The notes beneath the pieces were generated by a model. That model made no database searches and was not told the DNA's origin. It saw only the letters and a program-made list of their open reading frames with translations. A stretch of DNA of 64,000 nt from Vulcanimicrobiales bacterium (GTDB lineage Bacteria; Vulcanimicrobiota; Vulcanimicrobiia; Vulcanimicrobiales; Vulcanimicrobiaceae), in the NCBI GenBank assembly GCA_038215615.1, contig JBBQQR010000007.1, positions 1 through 64,000 of the forward strand, given 5' to 3'. The position numbers and the translations under genes were made by a program. Below are positions 1-8,960 of the stretch, in pieces (the first letter of the stretch is position 1; each line of letters opens with the position of its first letter).

Positions 1-2
1 GC

Positions 3-857
3 CTGAACACCTACGGCATCGTGCCGTTCCGGCTTTCGGTTGAAACGGCATTGTGGGAAGCCGAACAAGTCGTGCGGCTGGGACTCGACGTGCGCACCGG
101 CGTGCGCGTCGGCTTCGATCTGACGCTCGAGCAGCTGGTGAAAGATTTTGACGCCGTCGTGTTGGCGTGCGGCATGGGCAACGTACCGAAACTTGGAATT
201 GAAGGCGAAAATCTGGAAGGCGTTTGGGACGCGCTCGACTTCATCGAACGCGCCAAACTTGGTCTGCCGATACCGGACCTCGGAGAACGCGTCGCGGTCA
301 TCGGTGCGGGGAACACAGCAATAGATGCGCTCACGTGCGCCAAGCGCCTTTCGATCGCGCGCGGGAAAGAAGCGCGGGTTATCTGTTACTACCGTCGGGG
401 CGCCGAACACATGACGGCCTACCAATTCGAGTACGACTTCGCTAAAGAAGAAGGCATCGAATTCCGCTTCTTCTGCGCGCCCACGCGCGTCATTGGTCAG
501 AACTTGCACGTCAAAGAAATTGGTTTCGTGCGCACGCAACTCGAAACGCAAGGCGATCGTGAGGTCGTCACGCCGGTCGCCGGAACCGAGTTCACGGAGC
601 CGGTCGACACTTTGATTTCGGCGATCGGGCAAAATCGTCTGATCGAAACATTCGAACGTTTAGGAATCGCACACGATTTCGGCGTCGTGAAAGTGGACGA
701 CTCGCTGCAAAGCTCGCGCCCGGGCGTGTGGGCCGCGGGCGATTGCATCTTCGAAAAAGGCATGCGCGAGGCCATGGTCGTTGAGGTGGCGCAGCAGGGC
801 AAATTAGCGGCGCAATCGATCGACGCCCACCTCCGTTCGGGAGTTGCAGTAGCATGA
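3..857 (+). CDS. preT: Dihydropyrimidine dehydrogenase flavoprotein subunit (GltD-like), 5'-truncated by window edge
   Basis: Frame open from position 3 (LNTYGIVPFRL); VAVIGAGNTAID NAD(P)-binding motif, YRR, VWAAGD FAD motif; directly upstream of preA. Confidence 0.88.
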   Translation: MNTYGIVPFRLSVETALWEAEQVVRLGLDVRTGVRVGFDLTLEQLVKDFDAVVLACGMGNVPKLGIEGENLEGVWDALDFIERAKLGLPIPDLGERVAVIGAGNTAIDALTCAKRLSIARGKEARVICYYRRGAEHMTAYQFEYDFAKEEGIEFRFFCAPTRVIGQNLHVKEIGFVRTQLETQGDREVVTPVAGTEFTEPVDTLISAIGQNRLIETFERLGIAHDFGVVKVDDSLQSSRPGVWAAGDCIFEKGMREAMVVEVAQQGKLAAQSIDAHLRSGVAVA

Positions 858-921
858 GCGTGCGCAGTGGTGTCATGGTGAGCAGTAATGTCATGGTGAC
901 CAGGCCCGCAGGAGATAACCT

Positions 922-2181
922 ATGGCAAACTTACAGAGTAATCTCGCCGGGATAAAAAGCCCGAACCCGTTCTGGCTCGCTTCGGCGCCGCCGACGAACA
1001 GCGGCTACCAAGTCATGCGCGCGTTCGAGGCCGGCTGGGGCGGCGCGGTATGGAAAACGCTGGGAACGCCGATCACAAACGTGACCTCCCGTTTTGCAGC
1101 GCTCGACTACAAACAAAACAAAATCATCGGTTTGAGCAACATCGAGCTAATTACAGATCGCCCGCTCGATGTAAACCTCAAAGAGATCGCTGAGTGCAAA
1201 AAAGCCTTCCCGGATCGCACGATCATCGCCTCGCTGATGGAAGTCTGCGAGCAAAAAGCGTGGCACGAACTCGTGAAGCGCGTCCAGGAAGTCGACATCG
1301 ACGGCTTTGAGTTGAACTTTGGCTGCCCGCACGGCATGAGCGAGCGCGGCATGGGATCGGCGGTCGGCCAACACCCCGACCTCATTCAACAAGTCTCGGA
1401 ATGGACCAAAGAAGTCGCGCGCGTACCGGTCATCGTAAAACTCACGCCCAACATCACCGATATCCGTTTCGGAGCGCGCGCCGCATCGGAAGGCGGCGCC
1501 GACGCGGTCAGCCTCATCAACACCATCAACAGTTTGATCGGCGTCGATCTGGAAACCTGGAACCCTGTTCCGCATGTCGACGGCAAAAGCAGTCACGGCG
1601 GATACTGCGGACCGGCCGTCAAGCCGATCGCGCTGAACATGGTCAACGAATGCGCGCGCGATCCTCAAGTCACGATTCCCATCTCGGGCATCGGCGGGAT
1701 CGAAACGTGGAAAGACGCGGTCGAGTTTTTGCTTCTGGGCGCCAGCAACGTGCAAGTCTGCACGGCCGCGATGCACCACGGCTTCCGGATCGTTGAAGAC
1801 ATGATCGACGGCCTCAATAATTATCTCGACGAGCGCGGTCTCGCGAGCGTCCAAGACCTGGTCGGCGGCTCCGCTAACCGCATCACGACTTGGGAAAATC
1901 TGAACCTCAACTATAAAATCGTGGCGCGCATCGACCAAGACAAATGCATTCACTGCAATAAATGCTACGTCGCCTGCGAAGATGCGGCGCATCAGTGCAT
2001 CGATCGCTTGATCAACAACGGTTCGAGCACGGTCGTCGTCGACGAACAAGAGTGCGTTGGCTGCAACCTGTGCCAGATGGTCTGCCCCGTCGAGGATTGC
2101 ATCGAAATGGTGCACGTCGACACGGGCCTGCCGCCCGAATCCTGGAAAGAGCGCAGCCTGCGCCTTGAAGCGCTGACGTAA
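922..2181 (+). CDS. preA: NAD-dependent dihydropyrimidine dehydrogenase subunit PreA
   Basis: NPFWLASAPPT, ELNFGCPHGM, KLTPN, GGYCGPAVKPIAL; two C-terminal CxxCxxCxxxC ferredoxin motifs; AGGAG RBS. Confidence 0.96.
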   Translation: MANLQSNLAGIKSPNPFWLASAPPTNSGYQVMRAFEAGWGGAVWKTLGTPITNVTSRFAALDYKQNKIIGLSNIELITDRPLDVNLKEIAECKKAFPDRTIIASLMEVCEQKAWHELVKRVQEVDIDGFELNFGCPHGMSERGMGSAVGQHPDLIQQVSEWTKEVARVPVIVKLTPNITDIRFGARAASEGGADAVSLINTINSLIGVDLETWNPVPHVDGKSSHGGYCGPAVKPIALNMVNECARDPQVTIPISGIGGIETWKDAVEFLLLGASNVQVCTAAMHHGFRIVEDMIDGLNNYLDERGLASVQDLVGGSANRITTWENLNLNYKIVARIDQDKCIHCNKCYVACEDAAHQCIDRLINNGSSTVVVDEQECVGCNLCQMVCPVEDCIEMVHVDTGLPPESWKERSLRLEALT

Positions 2182-3569
2182 TGGGGACCCTCATCCACGG
2201 CGGTACCATCGTCACCGCGACCGATACCTACGACGCTGATATTTTGATCGAAGGCGAGACGATCGTCACGATCGGCAAGAATCTCGACCAGGGCAAACAC
2301 GAAGTCATCGACGCGAGCAAGGCGTTCGTCTTTCCGGGCGGAATCGATCCGCACACGCACTTCGACATGCCGTTCGGCGGAACGGTGACCGCCGATGATT
2401 TTGAGACCGGCACGCGCGGCGCCGCCATGGGCGGCACGACGACGGTCGTAGACTTCGCGCTGCACACGCGCGGCGACTCGCTGCAAAACGCGCTCGACAC
2501 GTGGAAAGAAAAGGCGGCCGGCAAGGCCGTCATCGACTATGCCTTCCATCTAACCATCGCCGACGGCCGCGACGAAACGATGGCCGAGATTCCCAAGATG
2601 ATCGCGGCCGGGGTCAACTCGTTCAAAGTCTTCATGGCGTACAAGCATGTGCTCTACGTCGACGACGAGACGATCTTTAAAACGTTGCAAGCCTGCCGCG
2701 ACGCCGGAGGCCTCGTGCAGGTGCACGCCGAGAACGGCGACGTGATCGAGGTCATCACCAAACAAGCGCTGGCCGAGGGCAAGACCGAGCCGAAATGGCA
2801 CGCACTCACGCGCCCCGTGGAATGCGAAGGCGAGGCCACGCATCGCGCAATTCGCTTAGCCGAGATTGCGGGCGCGCCGCTCTACGTTGTGCACGTCAGC
2901 AGCGCGATGGCGGCTGATGCGATCAGCGACGGGCGCAAACGCGGCTTACCGGTCTACGGCGAAACGTGCCCGCAATATTTGGTCTGCGATTTTACCGACT
3001 ACGAGCGCCCCAATTTTGAAGGCGCAAAATACGTACTCTCTCCGCCTATCCGCGAAAAATGGAATCAGGACGTCTTGCTGCGCAAACTCAAAAACATGGA
3101 ACTGCACAGCTTCGGCTCCGACCACTGCTCGTTCAACCTCTGCGGGCAGAAAGACCTCGGCAAGAGCGACTTCTCGAAAATCCCCAACGGCGCGCCTACG
3201 GCTGAAGACCGCCTCGCAATACTCTGGCAAGTCGGCGTGAACAGCGGCGTACTCGGTCCGAATCAATTCGTCGCGCTCTGCTCCACCAATCCGGCGAAGT
3301 TCTTCGGGCTCTTTCCGCGTAAGGGCACGATTGCGGTCGGCAGCGACGCCGACGTCGTCGTCTGGGATCCGAAGAAAAAGCGCACGATCTCGGCCAAAAA
3401 TCACCACATGAACGTGGACAACAACGTCTTCGAAGGCATGACTGTGGAGGGCCGCCCACGCTACGTCTTCTCACGCGGCAAGATGGTGGCCGACGGCGAC
3501 ACATTCGTCGGAACGAAGGGCGCGGGCAAGCATCAAAAAAGCGCGCGTTACTATCCGGTGACGATCTGA
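2181..3569 (+). CDS. hydA: Dihydropyrimidinase (D-hydantoinase)
   Basis: PGGIDPHTH, SFKVFMAY, VHAENG, ETCPQYL, GSDHC amidohydrolase motifs; TAATG overlap with preA. Confidence 0.96.
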   Translation: MGTLIHGGTIVTATDTYDADILIEGETIVTIGKNLDQGKHEVIDASKAFVFPGGIDPHTHFDMPFGGTVTADDFETGTRGAAMGGTTTVVDFALHTRGDSLQNALDTWKEKAAGKAVIDYAFHLTIADGRDETMAEIPKMIAAGVNSFKVFMAYKHVLYVDDETIFKTLQACRDAGGLVQVHAENGDVIEVITKQALAEGKTEPKWHALTRPVECEGEATHRAIRLAEIAGAPLYVVHVSSAMAADAISDGRKRGLPVYGETCPQYLVCDFTDYERPNFEGAKYVLSPPIREKWNQDVLLRKLKNMELHSFGSDHCSFNLCGQKDLGKSDFSKIPNGAPTAEDRLAILWQVGVNSGVLGPNQFVALCSTNPAKFFGLFPRKGTIAVGSDADVVVWDPKKKRTISAKNHHMNVDNNVFEGMTVEGRPRYVFSRGKMVADGDTFVGTKGAGKHQKSARYYPVTI

Positions 3570-3570
3570 G

Positions 3571-3669
3571 TGTGTCATGGTGACGTCTGTGTGTCATGGT
3601 GACGTCTGTGTGTCATGGTGAGCTTGTCGAACCACCCCGAGCAGCGTGCGAAGCACGCATGACGAGGGG
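3571..3669. repeat. Intergenic REP-like composite hairpin element preceded by 19-bp tandem partial copies
   Basis: TGTGTCATGGTGACGTCTG twice (3571-3608), then GTCATGGTGAGCTTGTCGAACCA (3612-3634) and CCCCGAGCAGCGTGCGAAGCACGCATGACGAGGGG (3635-3669); homologous to 34123-34180 and 36297-36321. Confidence 0.8.
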
Positions 3670-3689
3670 CCGCCCAAACGGAGAATACA

Positions 3690-4574
3690 TTGGAATCTAA
3701 AGTGACGATCGGGCTTATCCAAGCCCACCACGATACCGACGGCGCGGAGCCGGTTGCCGTACATGTGAAAGAGGCGACCGATAAGCACGTGAAGCTGATC
3801 CGCGAGGCTAAGAAAAAGGGCGCGCAGATCGTGTGCCTGCAAGAGCTGTTTTACGGCCCGTATTTCTGCACCGAGCAAACGCCGAAATGGTATGAAGCCG
3901 TCGAGCAGATTCCCAACGGGCCGACCACGAAGCTCATGCAAGATCTCGCTAAGGAGCTCGGCATCGTCCTAGTGGTGCCGATGTACGAGGAAGACTTCGC
4001 GGGCGTCTACTACAACACGGCGGCGGTGATCGACGCCGATGGAAAATACCTCGGGAAATACCGCAAACACCACATTCCGCAGGTGCAAGCCGGTCCACAG
4101 GGCTGCGGTTTCTGGGAAAAGTACTACTTCCGCCCCGGAAACCTCGGCTATCCCGTTTTCGATACCGCCTTTGCGAAGGTCGGCGTCTACATCTGCTACG
4201 ATCGCCATTTCCCCGAAGGCGCGCGCATGCTCGGCCTGCACGGCGCCGAAATCGTCTTCAATCCGTCGGCGACCGTCGCCGGTCTTTCAGAATATCTTTG
4301 GAAACTCGAACAGCCCGCGCACGCCGTTGCCAACGGGTATTACGTCGGGGCAATTAACCGCGTCGGCGTTGAGACGCCTTGGAACATGGGCGAATTTTAC
4401 GGGCAGTCGTACCTGGTTGACCCGCGCGGCAACTTCGTTGCCACCGGCAGCCGCGATAAAGACGAAGTCGTTATCGGCGTGATGGATCGCAATCTGATAA
4501 CCGAGGTACGCAACACTTGGCAATTCTATCGCGACCGCCGCCCCGAAACCTACGACGATCTCGTCCGGGTCTAA
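3690..4574 (+). CDS. Beta-ureidopropionase (nitrilase/CN-hydrolase family)
   Basis: CLQELFYGPYFC, YRKHHIP, ICYDRHFPE (Glu-Lys-Cys triad), FYRDRRP; TTG start with GGAG RBS; pyrimidine operon context. Confidence 0.92.
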   Translation: MESKVTIGLIQAHHDTDGAEPVAVHVKEATDKHVKLIREAKKKGAQIVCLQELFYGPYFCTEQTPKWYEAVEQIPNGPTTKLMQDLAKELGIVLVVPMYEEDFAGVYYNTAAVIDADGKYLGKYRKHHIPQVQAGPQGCGFWEKYYFRPGNLGYPVFDTAFAKVGVYICYDRHFPEGARMLGLHGAEIVFNPSATVAGLSEYLWKLEQPAHAVANGYYVGAINRVGVETPWNMGEFYGQSYLVDPRGNFVATGSRDKDEVVIGVMDRNLITEVRNTWQFYRDRRPETYDDLVRV

Positions 4575-4575
4575 C

Positions 4576-6084
4576 GTGAAAGCGACCGCAACGCAGGTGC
4601 GCGCGGGCGACGTTGTCGTCCTGACCGACGCCGCGCACAAAGAGGCCGAGCAGAATCATTCCATGTGGAATGAAGATCTGCGGCCGTGCACGCTTGCCGA
4701 ACACTCCTGGTCCGGATCCAAATTCGCTTCGCTGTGGCTCGGCATGTGTTTGTGTATTCCGACCTATACGCTGGCCGGAAGCATGATCTCGATCGGCATG
4801 AATTGGTGGGAAGCGGTCCTGGCGATATTCCTGGGAAGCGTCGTCGTACTGAGCGCGATTCTACTCGTAGCGCACGCCGGTACGAAGTATGGCATTCCGT
4901 ATCCGGTCTTTGCGCGCTTATGGTTTGGAACGCGCGGCGCGCACATTCCGGCGCTGGCGCGTGCGCTCATCGCGGCGGGCTGGTTTGGAATAAACTCGTG
5001 GTTCGGCGGTCAAGCGCTCGACGCGATTCTCACGACGGTATTGCCGGCATGGCGCGGTCTCAACGCGCAGTGGGGTGATTACCAGGAGCACACGTGGCTG
5101 GCGTTCGCGCTCTTCTGGCTGTTGAACGTGGCGATCGCGATGCGCGGGGCGCAAGCGATCGGACGGCTCGCACAAATTGCCGCACCCACGGTCGGTATTG
5201 CCGCAATCGCCCTGCTCGCGTGGGCGGCTCACGCTGCCGGCGGTTTTGGTCCGATGCTGGCGGCGCCGGCAAAAATACACGGAGGCCAATTCTGGATCCA
5301 ATTTTTGCCGTCCGTCGTCGGCGTGATCGGTTTCTGGGCGACGCTCGCGCTCAACATTCCGGACTATACACGTTACGCTCGCTCCCAACGCGGACAGATG
5401 CTTGGCCAGGTTCTCTCGATGCCGCTCGCGATGGCCCTCTTCTCATTCCTGGGCATCGCGGTAACGTCAGCCACGGTCAAGATCTTCGGGACGGCCATGT
5501 GGAACCCGGTCGACCTGATCGAAAAATTCCCGGTCGCAGTCGTCGTCATTGCCGGCGTGATCGTGATCCTCTCCTCGGTGACGATCAACGTCGGCGCAAA
5601 CGTCATGGCTCCGGCGCGCGCGTTCGAGAATCTTTGGCCGCGATACATCAACTTTGCGATCGGCGCGATATTGACCGGGCTGCTCAGTTTGGTGCTGCAG
5701 CCGTGGCGCGTGCTCGAAACATCGCAAACGTATGTTTTTCTCTGGCTCGGAACGTACGGGCTCATGCTAGGCGCGTTCGACGGAATAGCCATCGCCGATT
5801 ACTGGCTGGTCCGTAAGCGCCGCCTCGATCTCGCGCAGCTCTACAGCCCGCGCGGTGTCTATGGCTACGCCGGCGGCTTCAATCTGCGTGCCGTCGGAGC
5901 ACTGGTCGCCGGCTGGGGCGTCGCGCTCGTCGGCTTTTATGTCACTCCGCTGCATTTCTTGTGGAGCGGGGGCTGGATATTCAGCCTGTTGGGCGGGCTG
6001 CTCGCCTACTGGCTGCTGATGCGCGGGGACCGCTCGGTCATCACCGAAGAACAGTTTGACGCTATCACCACGGAGGCACGCTGA
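4576..6084 (+). CDS. NCS1-family nucleobase:cation symporter (uracil/hydantoin permease)
   Basis: About 12 hydrophobic segments; GTKYGIPYPVFAR, GWFGINSW, WATLALNIPDYTRY, IADYWLVRK. Confidence 0.93.
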   Translation: MKATATQVRAGDVVVLTDAAHKEAEQNHSMWNEDLRPCTLAEHSWSGSKFASLWLGMCLCIPTYTLAGSMISIGMNWWEAVLAIFLGSVVVLSAILLVAHAGTKYGIPYPVFARLWFGTRGAHIPALARALIAAGWFGINSWFGGQALDAILTTVLPAWRGLNAQWGDYQEHTWLAFALFWLLNVAIAMRGAQAIGRLAQIAAPTVGIAAIALLAWAAHAAGGFGPMLAAPAKIHGGQFWIQFLPSVVGVIGFWATLALNIPDYTRYARSQRGQMLGQVLSMPLAMALFSFLGIAVTSATVKIFGTAMWNPVDLIEKFPVAVVVIAGVIVILSSVTINVGANVMAPARAFENLWPRYINFAIGAILTGLLSLVLQPWRVLETSQTYVFLWLGTYGLMLGAFDGIAIADYWLVRKRRLDLAQLYSPRGVYGYAGGFNLRAVGALVAGWGVALVGFYVTPLHFLWSGGWIFSLLGGLLAYWLLMRGDRSVITEEQFDAITTEAR

Positions 6085-7376
6085 TGCAGTTGCTTAAGAA
6101 AAAGAACGCCGACCGCGCGAAAAAACATATTTTCGCCGCGCAGCAGACATATTACGAGCAGCCGCTGACGCTCACCGGCGGCCACGGGACGCGCATACGC
6201 GACGACGAGGGCAACGAATACCTCGACGCGTTTGCCGGCATCGCGACCAACACGGTCGGCTACGGCGATACCGAGGTCGCGCAAGCCGTCGGCGAGCAGG
6301 CTAAAAAACTCATGCACGTCTCGACGCTCTACTTAACCGACGAGATGCTCGATCTGGCCGAAAAGATTTCCGACGTCTCGCCCGAGGGCATGACCAAGAC
6401 GTTCTTCTCCAACTCGGGTTCGGAAGCCAACGAGATGGCCGCGCTCATTTCGCGCCTCGCGAAAAATTCGACGGACTTTCTTTCGCTCGAGCAAGCCTAC
6501 CACGGCCGCACGCTCTATACGGTCGCACTCGCCGGCCAAAGCAACTGGCGCAACTTCGGTCCGATAGTTCCGCACGTGGCATTCGTGCCCAGTCCGTACT
6601 GCTATCGCTGTCCGCTCGGCATGACCTATCCCTCGTGCGGCATCGCTTGCGCGAAGGCCGCCAAACGTGTCATCGAAACGCAGACCAACGGCAATCCCGC
6701 CGCCATGATCGCCGAGACGATCGCCGGAGTCGGCGGCATCATCACGCCGCCCGACGAGTACTTCAAAGTTTTGAAAGAGACACTCGCACCGTTCGGCACG
6801 CTCTTCATTGCCGACGAAGTGCAAACGGGTTGGGGACGGCTCGGAGACGGGATGTTCGGCATCACCGGAACCTACGGCGTCGTGCCGGACATCATCACAT
6901 CAGCCAAAGGTCTGGCCAGCGGCATGCCTATAGCCGTCACGATCACCCGCCCCGAACTCGCCGACGTCTTCAAAGGTCCGCACATCAACACGTTCGGCGG
7001 CAACGCGCTGTCGACCACGGCGGCTCGCGTTACGCTCGAAGTCATTGAAAAGCGCGACCTGATTGCCAATGCGAAACGCCAGGGCGAAAAACTCATGGCC
7101 GGCCTGCGCGACCTGCAGAAACGCTTTCCGCTGATCGGCGACGTGCGCGGCCGCGGCCTCATGATCGGCGTCGAACTCGTGCTCGATCAAACCACGAAAG
7201 CCTATGCGCCCAACGAAGCAACGCGCATGCTCGAAGAGATGCGCAAAAGAAAGGTCCTGATCGGCAAAGGCGGCCGCTTTGGAAACGTGCTGCGCATTCA
7301 GCCGCCGTTAATCTTTGACGACAACGACACGACGGAGTTCTTGAAGGCGTTTAGCGAATCGCTCGCCGCTCTTTAA
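6084..7376 (+). CDS. Class III PLP aminotransferase (probable beta-alanine aminotransferase)
   Basis: YLDAFAGI, NSGSEANE, YHGRT, FIADEVQTGWGR, SAKGL, DVRGRGLMIGVE; last gene of the pyrimidine degradation operon. Confidence 0.88.
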   Translation: MQLLKKKNADRAKKHIFAAQQTYYEQPLTLTGGHGTRIRDDEGNEYLDAFAGIATNTVGYGDTEVAQAVGEQAKKLMHVSTLYLTDEMLDLAEKISDVSPEGMTKTFFSNSGSEANEMAALISRLAKNSTDFLSLEQAYHGRTLYTVALAGQSNWRNFGPIVPHVAFVPSPYCYRCPLGMTYPSCGIACAKAAKRVIETQTNGNPAAMIAETIAGVGGIITPPDEYFKVLKETLAPFGTLFIADEVQTGWGRLGDGMFGITGTYGVVPDIITSAKGLASGMPIAVTITRPELADVFKGPHINTFGGNALSTTAARVTLEVIEKRDLIANAKRQGEKLMAGLRDLQKRFPLIGDVRGRGLMIGVELVLDQTTKAYAPNEATRMLEEMRKRKVLIGKGGRFGNVLRIQPPLIFDDNDTTEFLKAFSESLAAL

Positions 7377-7390
7377 GGACGGGGGCCGCA

Positions 7391-8059
7391 CTAAGGCAGG
7401 CTATTCCCCGTCGGGCACAATCCGCTCACCGCTTTTATTTTGAGAATGGGATGGAGCTCGATGCCGTTGGGAGCCACGCCCGTCTGTCCGTGCAGCACGT
7501 CGAAAAATCCAACCCCCGTCAGCTTCGCGATCACCTTGCCGGCGAATTTCTTGAGCCCGCCACCAATCGGCGCCGCGCCGAAACATTTGGTGAACGCGGC
7601 GCGCACGGCCGATATCTGCGCGGCGTGACCACTCGCTACAACCGTCGAGCATTTCGGATCGGGAACTTCGCCAATCAGCGTATGTGTTGGATGCGCCGAA
7701 TCGGCAAGCACCACATGTAAGTCGCGATCCGCCTCTTCCTTGAAACCGACAAGGAGTGCCTGAACCGCGTACTCCGTTTTTTCGACAGGGAGGTAACGGC
7801 TCGCGTCGTTGTTCTTGTTGAACGCGGCCGGAGCGGAAAAGGCGCGTAGTTGGGCGACGGTCGCCACGATCGGTACCGAGCCGATCTGTCCGGCGCCGGC
7901 GTCGGCGAGAGTTTTGATGTGCCAGCGTTCGGTGCCGCAATGCGAGAGCGGATTGAGAGCAACGGCCTGCCGAATTGAAAATGTCGAGAAGAGCACGAAA
8001 GCCGCCAAGAGTAACGCGGGACTCTTCTTCGAGTCTAACTTTGCGCGCTCGTCGCCCAC
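7391..8059 (-). CDS. Secreted hypothetical protein (CGxERWxxKT ... GFFDxxHGQTGVAPNGIELHP family, possibly OB-fold)
   Basis: Signal-peptide-like N-terminus, 4 Cys, motif-rich; TAACCT-N6-GTG start. Confidence 0.7.
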   Translation of the reverse strand: MGDERAKLDSKKSPALLLAAFVLFSTFSIRQAVALNPLSHCGTERWHIKTLADAGAGQIGSVPIVATVAQLRAFSAPAAFNKNNDASRYLPVEKTEYAVQALLVGFKEEADRDLHVVLADSAHPTHTLIGEVPDPKCSTVVASGHAAQISAVRAAFTKCFGAAPIGGGLKKFAGKVIAKLTGVGFFDVLHGQTGVAPNGIELHPILKIKAVSGLCPTGNSLP

Positions 8060-8178
8060 ACCCGTAGGTTAGTACGCAAGCGCAATCTTTCCTATACCGA
8101 GGGGAAGCGGTACTGATGCGAAAAACCTCCTGCGAAGCCCCTGAAATGGCCGAAGTGCACCTAAGCAAGGAGAGCGAG

Positions 8179-8553
8179 ATGCTGAGCAATTATCCAATGA
8201 ATGGTTTTGCACCGACCAAGGATCCGGCCAAAGCTCGGGCTTTTTACGAGGGCCTCCTCGGTTTTCAGCTCGTTAGCGACAACGAATACGTGGCGACCTA
8301 CGGCTGCGGCGCGAACAGAATCATGCTCCAAAAGGGCGCGCCGCTAGAACCGTTGCAGCGCACGATTGTCGGCTGGGAAGTCACCGGCATTCGCGACGTC
8401 GTCACCGAGCTCACCAAACGCGGCGTCACGTTCGAGCGTTTTGAAATGGAATGGATGAAACAGGACGATCTTGGAATCTGGAAGAGCTCCGACGGAAGCG
8501 TCGCCTGGTTCAAAGACCCCGACGGCAACACGCTTTCGGTTTCGGAGCATTAA
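8179..8553 (+). CDS. VOC/glyoxalase family protein
   Basis: ARAFYEGLLG, VAWFKDPDGNTLSV; AGGAG RBS before ATG 8179. Confidence 0.88.
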   Translation: MLSNYPMNGFAPTKDPAKARAFYEGLLGFQLVSDNEYVATYGCGANRIMLQKGAPLEPLQRTIVGWEVTGIRDVVTELTKRGVTFERFEMEWMKQDDLGIWKSSDGSVAWFKDPDGNTLSVSEH

Positions 8554-8960
8554 CCTTTCGGTTTAAAGTTCAGCGATAGCGAGTTGATGCAGTAGCGCGT
8601 GCCCTCGGGACCCGGCCCGTCGTCAAAAACGTGCCCGAGATGCGAGTCGCAGCGCTTACACCGGACTTCGACCCGGTGCATCCCGAGTGTATTATCATCC
8701 AACAGCCTGACGTTTTGCTGCTCTTGCGGGCTCGTAAAACTTGGCCAACCGCAATGCGATTCGAATTTTGAATCGGATTTGAAGAGCGGTGCGCCGCACG
8801 CGCCACACGTGTACGTGCCTTCTTCATCCACGCTAAGCAGCGACCCGGTAAACGGCCGCTCCGTGCCGGCTTCGCGCAAAATATGATAGCGCTCGGACCC
8901 GAGCTCGCTGCGCCACTCTTCTTCAGTTTTTTGGACGTTAGGGGTCGCGTCGTGCTTCAT
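8550..8960 (-). CDS. msrB: Peptide methionine sulfoxide reductase MsrB
   Basis: GTERPF, CxxC, KFESHCGWPSF, HLGHVFDDGP, RYCINS. Confidence 0.97.
   Translation of the reverse strand: MKHDATPNVQKTEEEWRSELGSERYHILREAGTERPFTGSLLSVDEEGTYTCGACGAPLFKSDSKFESHCGWPSFTSPQEQQNVRLLDDNTLGMHRVEVRCKRCDSHLGHVFDDGPGPEGTRYCINSLSLNFKPKG

Noticed and set aside
1147..2115. 322-aa minus-strand ORF and many similar overlapping ORFs across the window
   Set aside because: Antisense or alternate-frame shadows of well-supported genes in GC-rich DNA, with no motifs
3571..3634. Possible mini CRISPR array
   Set aside because: The units are 19-bp head-to-tail duplicates without unique spacers, no cas genes are present, and they belong to the REP-like family
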